From: an uncultured Gammaproteobacteria bacterium | GTDB lineage: Bacteria > Patescibacteriota > Microgenomatia > Levybacterales > UBA12049 | Reading direction: 5' to 3' | Length of the DNA stretch: 44,231 bases | Assembly: GCA_964457405.1 (NCBI GenBank) | Contig: CAYWEP010000001.1 | Coordinates: forward strand, 1-44,231 | Part shown: positions 9,132-16,521 of the stretch, piece after piece | Layout: the number at the start of each line of letters is the position of its first letter | How positions within the stretch are numbered: the stretch's first letter is position 1 | Translations under genes and position numbers: made by a program | Notes under the pieces: model-generated | Database searches by the model: none | What the model was told of the DNA's origin: nothing | What the model saw: the letters and a program-made list of their open reading frames with translations, nothing else

Positions 9132-10097
9132 ATGGAACTAAAAAATAAGAAGATTTTGGTTACTGGAGGTGCGGGCTTTCTGGGTTCAAATATCGTCAAA
9201 CAATTGATCCAGGAGGGTTTAGATTCAAAAAATATTATCGTTTATCGTTCCAAAGAATTAGACCTTCGAGAAAAAGAAAACTGTATAAAGGCCACGAAGG
9301 GAGTTGACATCGTCATACATGCAGCCGGCAATGTTGGCGGTATTGGCAAAAACAATATGTATCCGGCTACCTTATTTTATGATAACCTTATAATGGGAGC
9401 ACACATTCTAGAAGCATCCAAGATAAATAAAGTAAAAAAAATTGTTATAATAGGCACAATATGTGCGTATCCTAAATATACCCCAGTCCCCTTCAAGGAA
9501 GACAATCTTTGGATGGGCTATCCGGAGGAAACTAATGCTCCCTATGGGCTTGCAAAAAAAATTCTCTTAGTAGGCGCCCAAGCATACCGGAAGCAATATG
9601 GGCTTCAAAGTATCTATCTCTTACCCGTAAACTTGTTTGGCCCGGGCGATAATTTTGATCTAGAAAGTGCTCATGTTATTCCCGCTCTTATCAATAAAAT
9701 CTCTGTTGCTAAGTTAAAGAATAAAAAATATGTAACAATTTGGGGAGACGGAAGCCCAACCCGTGAGTTTCTGTATGTAGCAGATGCTGCTCGCGGAATT
9801 ATCCTTGCAACTAAAAACTACAGCAAGCATGAACCAGTTAACCTTGGAACGGGAAAAGAAACATCTATTCGTCAACTTGCAAACCTCATTTCAAAACTTC
9901 TAGGGTTTACCGGTAAAATAATATGGGATACTAGTAAGCCAAATGGTCAGCCAAAACGATCCCTAGATATTTCCAGAGCAGAAAAAGAATTTGGCTTTGT
10001 TGCTCGGACAAACTTCACTGATGCTCTTAAAAAAACTATAAGATGGTATGAAAGAACACAAAAAATATCAACTAGGCAAGCCTACGTAAAAACTTAA
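9132..10097 (+). CDS. fcl: GDP-L-fucose synthase-like SDR, copy 2 (paralog of 656..1585)
   Basis: 321 aa. 'ILVTGGAGFLGSNIV', 'YPEETNAPYGLAKKILLVGAQAYRKQYG', 'LLPVNLFGPGDNF', 'AHVIPALI', 'IWGDGSPTREFLYVADAA' and 'DTSKPNGQPKRSLDISRAEKEFGFVART' are collinear with copy 1 over the full length. Confidence 0.85.
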   Translation: MELKNKKILVTGGAGFLGSNIVKQLIQEGLDSKNIIVYRSKELDLREKENCIKATKGVDIVIHAAGNVGGIGKNNMYPATLFYDNLIMGAHILEASKINKVKKIVIIGTICAYPKYTPVPFKEDNLWMGYPEETNAPYGLAKKILLVGAQAYRKQYGLQSIYLLPVNLFGPGDNFDLESAHVIPALINKISVAKLKNKKYVTIWGDGSPTREFLYVADAARGIILATKNYSKHEPVNLGTGKETSIRQLANLISKLLGFTGKIIWDTSKPNGQPKRSLDISRAEKEFGFVARTNFTDALKKTIRWYERTQKISTRQAYVKT

Positions 10098-10490
10098 AAT
10101 GTTGATGTTTTATATTTTCATCTAAAAGGTGTTTTCCACCAGAGAAATAATATAAATCTTATTGTAAGAAAAAACCGAATGCTGGAGAATAAATAAACTG
10201 GGACTTTTTAAAAATTTAGAAACACTGATAGGAAAAATGATAACCGGCGGATAACCGAAGTTGAATTTGAAAATGTAACCATCTGAACATTGTTCTGATA
10301 GTTTTTATGAACACGTACATACTCTGCGAATTCAAGCCATTTCCACCTATCATCGCCAACCGCCAATATAGCGTTTTGTCAATCTTGGCCAAACCGGCAA
10401 TAAAAAGGAAAATGATGATACGATAAATCCGACTAGGTAAATTGACATATGAGAGTTGGGTTATCGTAAAGTACCGCTACGACCTAACCT

Positions 10491-11309
10491 TTATAATATT
10501 CTATGACCAGCTGTTTTACCTTGGGCTGCGCTGTGCCTCCCTAGAGGGCCAGCCTCGAGATCTGTTTCGTTCTGTATACTGCTTTTTTGTGCTACACAAA
10601 TGACTGAGCTACCCCAAGGCAGAGACAGGAAGTTGATCATAGTGCCCTCAAGCCTTAAAAGTTGAAATAGAAACGCCTCAAAAATAGGGTGCATGGCCTT
10701 TATATCGCTCGAGGGGACGCTTTTTGGCAATATCATTTGAAGGAGACGCCTCGCAAGTACGAAGGGAAAGATAAAAAAATTTGCGCTTGTGAGCTTTTTC
10801 ACATAGAATCCTACTCGAGACAGTTCGAGATGAAGTTCTCTTTTGGAAAATCTATGCTCTGTAAAGTCAACTTTGTCGTGCTCCCCCCGCATCCAGTTAT
10901 ATGCAGGTTCACGAATGAGCACGATGCCTCCTGGTCGAAGTACTCGATAAAACTCTCCGAGTGCTTTGCGATAGTCACCTACCCACCGGTGATATAAAAC
11001 ATCTAGACAGACAACAATATCAAAACTATTACTACGAAATGGGATGTCGATGATATCTCCTTTTTGAACTGTTCCCAATCGTTTCGCCAGTCTCAGCGCT
11101 TCAAAAGAGACATCAATGCCTATGACGTCCCCAAACTGTTTGAGATAGGAAAACGCAGACCCAGTCCCGCATCCGGCGTCCAAGATTTTATTCACGCTCT
11201 TTTTGAGTACAAACTCATCAAGGAGAGCAGTATTAATTTCGGCCATTCCTCTATACCACCAGAACTTCCTCTGGTTCCTGTACATGTTGATGTACTCATC
11301 CTTTCTCAT
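10491..11309 (-). CDS. Class I SAM-dependent methyltransferase
   Basis: The ORF track gives 10491..11363. I prefer ATG 11309 (MRKDEYINMYRNQRKFWWYRGM...) because the longer form overlaps the divergent gene's start at 11351. Both candidates are ATG, so the start is uncertain. Motif I is 'ILDAGCGTGSAFSYL'; 'FDIVVCLDVLYH' and 'VLRPGGIVLIRE' also fit. The last 30 or so aa (SSIQNETDLEAGPLGRHSAAQGKTAGHRIL) look like a non-conserved tail. Confidence 0.8.
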   Translation of the reverse strand: MRKDEYINMYRNQRKFWWYRGMAEINTALLDEFVLKKSVNKILDAGCGTGSAFSYLKQFGDVIGIDVSFEALRLAKRLGTVQKGDIIDIPFRSNSFDIVVCLDVLYHRWVGDYRKALGEFYRVLRPGGIVLIREPAYNWMRGEHDKVDFTEHRFSKRELHLELSRVGFYVKKLTSANFFIFPFVLARRLLQMILPKSVPSSDIKAMHPIFEAFLFQLLRLEGTMINFLSLPWGSSVICVAQKSSIQNETDLEAGPLGRHSAAQGKTAGHRIL

Positions 11310-11350
11310 ACGTTTCGAATATGTTAGTATAGCATGGTTGAAATACACAT
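11310..11350. promoter_or_regulatory. 41-bp divergent spacer with overlapping back-to-back -10-like hexamers
   Basis: The sequence TAGTATA at 11325..11331 reads TAGTAT on + (20 nt before ATG 11351) and TATACT on - (16 nt before ATG 11309). Any -35 elements would have to lie inside the opposing coding regions. Confidence 0.3.
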
Positions 11351-12457
11351 ATGAAGGTTGCATTTGTTGATCTGAAACGACAAAACAGAATTTATAAGAA
11401 AACTTTTTCTCGTATATTTAGTCAAACATTGGATGAATCAGTTTTCTTGGCCGGGCCCGCAAACGAACGCTTTGAGCAAGAATTCGCAACATTTTGTGGA
11501 AAAAAATTCTGCATCAGCCTCAATTCTGGTACCGATGCTATTTTATTCGCCCTTCTCGCATATGACATCGGACCTGGCGATGAAGTAATTACCCCGACAA
11601 ATAGTTATTTTTCTCCTGCCATGATGATTTCTCAGATTGGCGCCACTCCAATTTTTGTTGACGCTGATCCCAAGAGTGCACTCATTGATGTCAAACAAGT
11701 TCAACGTGCAATATCCAAAAAAACTCGCGCAATTATGCCGGTTCATTTATGTGGTCAGTCGGCAGACATGGATCCCATTATTACTCTTGCAAAAAAACAT
11801 AATGTAGTAATTATTGAAGATGCCTGTCAGGCCCATGGAGCAAAGTACAAGGGCAATGTCGTCCCAGTAACAGAAACAGGTGCATTTTCATTTTACCCAG
11901 GAAAAAATTTGGGTGCTTTTGGCGATGCTGGTGCTGTAGTCACTGATAGTAAAAAGGTCCGAGACGAAATATTAAAACTTCGAAACGACGGTTCCACAGA
12001 AAAATATGTACATACCCAATTTGGCTACAAAAGTAGACTAGATACAATTCAGGCAAAAATTCTGTTGGCCAAGCTCCCTCATCTTGAAGCATGGAATAGA
12101 AATCGTCGTAAAGCTGCTTCAGTTTATAACAAATTTCTTGCCACAATAAAACAAATCACTCTGCCTCAAGAAATGCCTTATGCGTACCACGTCTATCACC
12201 TTTACATGATTGAGTGCGAAAATCGTGATGAACTACAAGCGTACCTTGCGAAAAAAGGTATTACTACTGTTATTCATTATCCAACTCCCATACACCTGCA
12301 AAAACCTTACAGACAACAAGGATTTCACCCGGGCATGTTCCCTGTCGCGGAAAAAAGAAGCAAAAGAATTTTATCTCTTCCTATGTATCCTGAACTACGA
12401 GAAACTGAAATCCGTTATATCTGTCAAACGATCCGCTCTTTTTACTCATCTGGATGA
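11351..12457 (+). CDS. DegT/DnrJ/EryC1/StrS-family PLP-dependent nucleotide-sugar aminotransferase
   Basis: 368 aa. 'GPGDEVITPTNSYF', 'IIEDACQAHGAKYKG' and 'AFSFYPGKNLGAFGDAGAVVT' (containing the active-site Lys) are family signatures, closest by eye to the WecE/QdtB/FdtB/Per-type subgroup. Confidence 0.9.
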   Translation: MKVAFVDLKRQNRIYKKTFSRIFSQTLDESVFLAGPANERFEQEFATFCGKKFCISLNSGTDAILFALLAYDIGPGDEVITPTNSYFSPAMMISQIGATPIFVDADPKSALIDVKQVQRAISKKTRAIMPVHLCGQSADMDPIITLAKKHNVVIIEDACQAHGAKYKGNVVPVTETGAFSFYPGKNLGAFGDAGAVVTDSKKVRDEILKLRNDGSTEKYVHTQFGYKSRLDTIQAKILLAKLPHLEAWNRNRRKAASVYNKFLATIKQITLPQEMPYAYHVYHLYMIECENRDELQAYLAKKGITTVIHYPTPIHLQKPYRQQGFHPGMFPVAEKRSKRILSLPMYPELRETEIRYICQTIRSFYSSG

Positions 12458-13362
12458 AAAAATCAAATCCAACATACCGACTCTGTCCTTTGTGCGGCAA
12501 TACCTACGTGACGCTTGTAGCTAAAGCCACAAGTTTGCCGCCAGTATCTCCAAGGCAAATTCAGGTAACAGAAAAATATTTCGGTTTGCACGGGGATTTG
12601 GTCCGCTGTCAAAAATGCCAATTCACCTATGTTGGTGACAAAAAGTATATAAAGAATCTCTCCTCTTTATATGCCAAAATGAGTGACCAGGTATATCTCC
12701 AAGAAGAAAAAGAAAGGCGTTTAAGTTTTTTGAGAGTTATCACTACTATCGAGGCTCTACGAAAAGGCAAAAAAGGAAAATTACTTGATATTGGCTGCTG
12801 TACGGGCGGTCTTTTAATAGAAGCCAAAAAGCGGGGATGGGTAGTTGATGGCCTCGACCCTTCTTCCTGGGCCTGTAAAACCGCAAGACACCTCCATGGT
12901 TTATCGGTCCACAACACTACTATAGAAGCATATCATTCCAAAAACAATGTTTTTGATGCTATCACGCTTCTTGATGTCTTGGAACACGTTGAAGATCCTG
13001 ATATGTTGATCAGACGGGTACGCTCTATGTTAAAAGAAAACGGCATTTTCTGTATCGTTACACCCAATTACGGCAGCTTCACCGCAAAATTGTTTGGAAA
13101 AAGATGGTGGGGAATCCGCTTAGCTCATCTGTCTTATTTTAATAGAAATGACATTAACAGCCTCATTAAAAAAAACGGTTTGAAGATACTTCATCAAAGT
13201 ACATACGTTCGTTATTTTACCCTTTATTATATTCTTATTCGGCTATTTGCCTTTATCGAAAGAATGAACACAGTAAAGTCAGTACTGAAGCATATCATCA
13301 TTCCACTCGCACTTTTTGATACATTTGAAATATATATTGGCAAAAGGGGTAAGTTATTATAA
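12454..13362 (+). CDS. Class I SAM-dependent methyltransferase with N-terminal zinc-ribbon and hydrophobic C-terminus
   Basis: 302 aa, with an ATGA overlap with the aminotransferase stop. The Cys pairs 'CPLCG' ... 'CQKC' form the zinc ribbon. Motif I is 'LLDIGCCTGGLLIEA'; 'FDAITLLDVLEHV' also fits. The C-terminus 'FTLYYILIRLFAFI...IIIPLALF' is hydrophobic. Confidence 0.8.
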   Translation: MKKSNPTYRLCPLCGNTYVTLVAKATSLPPVSPRQIQVTEKYFGLHGDLVRCQKCQFTYVGDKKYIKNLSSLYAKMSDQVYLQEEKERRLSFLRVITTIEALRKGKKGKLLDIGCCTGGLLIEAKKRGWVVDGLDPSSWACKTARHLHGLSVHNTTIEAYHSKNNVFDAITLLDVLEHVEDPDMLIRRVRSMLKENGIFCIVTPNYGSFTAKLFGKRWWGIRLAHLSYFNRNDINSLIKKNGLKILHQSTYVRYFTLYYILIRLFAFIERMNTVKSVLKHIIIPLALFDTFEIYIGKRGKLL

Positions 13363-13372
13363 CGTGTAAACT

Positions 13373-14125
13373 ATGTTACGCCACCGGACACCAAAAAAGG
13401 TTATCATCATTATGCCCGCGTATAATGCCGAAAAGACGCTTGCCAAAACACTTGCTGACATCCCCAAGGGCGTCGCCGATGACGTTATTCTCGTAGACGA
13501 TGGAAGCCACGATAAGACAGTCGCTGTGGCTAAAAGACTTCGCCTGAAAACGATTGTTCATCCCCAGAACCGAGGATACGGCGGGAATCAAAAAACCTGC
13601 TATACACTCGCCCTGAGTGAAGGTGCTGACATTGTCGTCATGATTCACCCTGACTATCAATATGATAGTTCATTAACAGAAGAGATCATACGGCCCATCC
13701 AAAATCATCGTTTTGATATTATGCTTGGATCAAGAATTCGGACGCGTCAGGAAGCGCTTGCCGGCGGCATGCCTCTGTACAAATATATCGCTAATCGCTT
13801 CTTAACGACTATGGAGAACATCATTTTAGGTCAAAATCATTCGGAATATCACACCGGCTTTCGCGCGTTTCACCGAAAAGTTCTTACGAAGCTGCCTTTC
13901 CATAAATTCTCTGACGATTTCATTTTTGATCAAGAAATTCTCATCTCTGCAGTCTACTCTGGTTTTCGTATTGGTGAAATTCCGGTCCCGACACGGTATT
14001 TTCCGGAGGCTTCGTCTATAAATTTTGCGCGGTCAGTAAAATATGGCGCGGAAACACTCTGGACATTAGTAAAATACATACTGACCTCGGCAAAGATATA
14101 TCACGCCAGAATATTTCCCGCATAA
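13373..14125 (+). CDS. Glycosyltransferase family 2, Dpm1-like (candidate polyprenol-phosphate sugar synthase), soluble form
   Basis: 250 aa. Motifs seen: 'VIIIMPAYNAEKTLAKTLADIP', 'VILVDDGSHDKT', 'NRGYGGNQKT', 'HPDYQYD' (DxD region) and 'GFRAFHRKVL'. Confidence 0.85.
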   Translation: MLRHRTPKKVIIIMPAYNAEKTLAKTLADIPKGVADDVILVDDGSHDKTVAVAKRLRLKTIVHPQNRGYGGNQKTCYTLALSEGADIVVMIHPDYQYDSSLTEEIIRPIQNHRFDIMLGSRIRTRQEALAGGMPLYKYIANRFLTTMENIILGQNHSEYHTGFRAFHRKVLTKLPFHKFSDDFIFDQEILISAVYSGFRIGEIPVPTRYFPEASSINFARSVKYGAETLWTLVKYILTSAKIYHARIFPA

Positions 14126-14138
14126 TATATCTGAATTC

Positions 14139-15662
14139 ATGAAACGCATATTATTGCATGACTGTCTCTACCTATTCATTATCTCAATCACCACCCTTTC
14201 TATTTGGCATCCTCTTACCAAGCTCACATTACAATGGGAATCATATATGTTCCTTAATAGGGAGGGCTACCTTCCTCTATTTACCAACACGTGGAGTTCA
14301 TTTGCAAACTTTGAAGTTCAATCTATGCTTGCTGGAGCATTTCTTTCCAAGTATATCGGCTTAAATATGGCGCTCTATTTTTGGGTCGAAATATTTTTTA
14401 TCCTTATCATAAACATATCTGTATATTTTCTCGTTAAAACACTTACCGACAAGTCACTTACTGCTTTTATTGCGGCGTTTCTTTTTACTGTTTATTTTTT
14501 TGGTATCGGATTTTTTCTTCCGAACTGGTACGCTACGTTTGTTCAACGCGTGATATTCAATCTCCCATTATTACTCCTGAGTTTTTTGTTTTTACACCGA
14601 TTTCTCGCAGAAAACAAAGTTAATTATTACATTATATCAATATCATTATTCTTTCTTTCCATCTTTTTAGCTCAGTTTGGAATTTTATTTTCTTATTCTA
14701 TTATACTTTATTCAATCTATTGGGAAGTGCTTCGGTCATTTCGTATTCGCTCTCTCCTTCGAGGTTTATTAATATCCTTCCCTTACGTTGTTATTGTAAT
14801 TTTCTTCTTACTAATCCAACAAAAATTTGGGGAAAATGTTGGTTCAAAATATAATTTATTCTATTTTTTGTTTCATCCTGGAACGTATCACTATGTAGAA
14901 GGGGTAGCCCGCCAACTCGTGTATATGTCGCAATATCCTTCCGTTGTTCAAGCCATGAAGTCAGGGCGTCATCCATTGGCATTCACCGACCCAGTTTCAA
15001 CATATAAATTCGTTTTTCCTATCTTATTAACCTATGGCATGGGCTCCATTCTTATATGGGTAAGGGGGAAAGAGTATCGGCCGCTTCTTTTAACTATTGT
15101 TTCCGGTATTGTTATTAGCCTATTTATAAATATTCTCTTAGACCGATTTGACTTTAGGAGCGCAGCGGGGGTGAATCGGTATTATTATTACCCATCTATC
15201 CTCCTCTCAATGTATTGGGCCTTACTTTTAACCACAATTGTCAAAAGGGGAAAGTTTATTATCATTGGAGGCGCTTTGTTGGGATTTTTTCTCGTTAATG
15301 CGGCGCTCTTTCGGCAATTTTTTGGCGATTTACATCAGTATTCCGTACCAACAGCGCAATTATACCAGTACATCGTACGTAATTTTGATCAATTACCCCC
15401 TCATTCCTATGTCATCGTAGGCCCTACCGCTGATTTTGGCCCTTATGAAACGACGTTTATAACGGAACAGCTTGGCGAAAAGCGGGGTATAACATTTAGC
15501 ACCGAGAATGCATCATACCCGAAGGGAAAACCGCCGCCAACTGCAATAGACGTATTGAAACTCACTTATGACAAACAGTGTAGCTGCGTACAAAAGGAAA
15601 TACTAAAAAGGAACTGCAACAATAACGAATGTACCTGGTCGTCTAAGAATAATCTGGACTAG
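14139..15662 (+). CDS. Polytopic membrane protein, unassigned family 'B', paralog B1
   Basis: 507 aa with many hydrophobic segments. It shares 'FLFLHRFL', 'FHPGTYHY...QLVYMSQYP', 'NRYYYYPS' and a C-terminal 'FITEQLG ... CSC' with 19284..20753 and 20765..22255. Its last 60 nt overlap the convergent gene 15603..16493. Confidence 0.5.
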   Translation: MKRILLHDCLYLFIISITTLSIWHPLTKLTLQWESYMFLNREGYLPLFTNTWSSFANFEVQSMLAGAFLSKYIGLNMALYFWVEIFFILIINISVYFLVKTLTDKSLTAFIAAFLFTVYFFGIGFFLPNWYATFVQRVIFNLPLLLLSFLFLHRFLAENKVNYYIISISLFFLSIFLAQFGILFSYSIILYSIYWEVLRSFRIRSLLRGLLISFPYVVIVIFFLLIQQKFGENVGSKYNLFYFLFHPGTYHYVEGVARQLVYMSQYPSVVQAMKSGRHPLAFTDPVSTYKFVFPILLTYGMGSILIWVRGKEYRPLLLTIVSGIVISLFINILLDRFDFRSAAGVNRYYYYPSILLSMYWALLLTTIVKRGKFIIIGGALLGFFLVNAALFRQFFGDLHQYSVPTAQLYQYIVRNFDQLPPHSYVIVGPTADFGPYETTFITEQLGEKRGITFSTENASYPKGKPPPTAIDVLKLTYDKQCSCVQKEILKRNCNNNECTWSSKNNLD

Positions 15663-16493
15663 CCAAAATGCAATGACGAAAGGAGCACCAAGTGTCATCC
15701 AAAAAATACTCCAAAAAACCGCGGGAAGATTCATAACTGAAGACCCATCAGCTCGCTTGACTAATTTTTGAAGTGCAGCATTGGTGCCACTTGTCGCATT
15801 AATAAATGTCTGGAGAATTCCAGTCGGATGATGTTCAAGCGACCAATAGTCAATTTTTATGATGCGAAATCTTTCTTGACGGAGAAGTTTTGTAATGCTT
15901 TTGGGGGTAAAGTGCCAAAGATGATACTGTGGTACGAGGTGAAACCAACGATTACCAAAGAATCGATATTCCAAACTATCTATATTAGGAACAGCAACGA
16001 CAATGCGACCCTCTGGTTTAAGATTCTTCCTAGCCGCAGCTAAATATTTCCATGGTGAATTCATATGTTCCAAAACCTGCCAAAAGCTTATGATATCAGC
16101 GTTTCCGCCTCGCATCCGCAGAAATTGCTTATCGGAAAGAGCGTGTATACCTGCTCTCATCATGTGTTTTCTTGCCGCTTTTGAAATTTCTACACCAATC
16201 TTTGTTTGTGCTCGAATCGTCTGGAGATATCCTCCATCACCGGCTCCCACATCGATCCAGGTATTCTTTTTTGCGCTCGAAACGTAGCGAGTCCTAAGTA
16301 AATAAAAAAATTGCTCAATAGGGATAAACAGTTTTCGTGCAAGAGAGGATGAAGCTTGATAATACTCATCGCTGTATATCGATTTCGGAAAATCCCTACG
16401 TTTCGCAAGTGTGCAGCTGCAGCAGTAGAAATACCGCATGTCTCCGAACAGAGAATCTTCAAATTCTCGGCCACATAGTGGACATAGCTTCAT
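15603..16493 (-). CDS. Class I SAM-dependent methyltransferase with N-terminal zinc-ribbon and C-terminal TM segment
   Basis: 296 aa. The zinc ribbon is 'MKLCPLCG...YFYCCSC'. Motif I is 'WIDVGAGDGGYL'; 'ADIISFWQVLEHM' also fits. The C-terminus 'AVFWSIFWMTLGAPFVIAFWLVQIIL' is hydrophobic. The architecture matches 12454..13362. Confidence 0.8.
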   Translation of the reverse strand: MKLCPLCGREFEDSLFGDMRYFYCCSCTLAKRRDFPKSIYSDEYYQASSSLARKLFIPIEQFFYLLRTRYVSSAKKNTWIDVGAGDGGYLQTIRAQTKIGVEISKAARKHMMRAGIHALSDKQFLRMRGGNADIISFWQVLEHMNSPWKYLAAARKNLKPEGRIVVAVPNIDSLEYRFFGNRWFHLVPQYHLWHFTPKSITKLLRQERFRIIKIDYWSLEHHPTGILQTFINATSGTNAALQKLVKRADGSSVMNLPAVFWSIFWMTLGAPFVIAFWLVQIILRRPGTFVIVAVPF

Positions 16494-16521
16494 GCGTGCT
16501 ATTTTACTACAATAGGACTAC
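16494..16521. promoter_or_regulatory. 28-bp divergent spacer with back-to-back -10-like hexamers 7-8 nt from each ATG
   Basis: TACAAT at 16508..16513 (+) is followed by 8 nt and then ATG 16522. TAAAAT on the minus strand (plus-strand coordinates 16501..16506) is followed by 7 nt and then ATG 16493. Alternative reading for the + gene: 'AGGA' at 16514..16517 could be a very close Shine-Dalgarno. Confidence 0.35.

Noticed and set aside
10128-10140. A possible intrinsic terminator after fcl copy 2 (GGTG-TTTTC-CACC).
   Set aside because: The stem is only 4 bp and there is no downstream T-run, so it is not credible as a terminator.
10554-10563. Adjacent XhoI and BglII sites (CTCGAGATCT) within a locally G+C-rich patch at the 3' end of methyltransferase 10491..11309, considered as a sign of vector or synthetic sequence.
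   Set aside because: There are no other polylinker-like sites or vector features nearby, and the reading frame continues through the patch. Two 6-mers occurring together in 44 kb is compatible with chance. The odd 30-aa C-terminal tail is noted in the feature entry instead.
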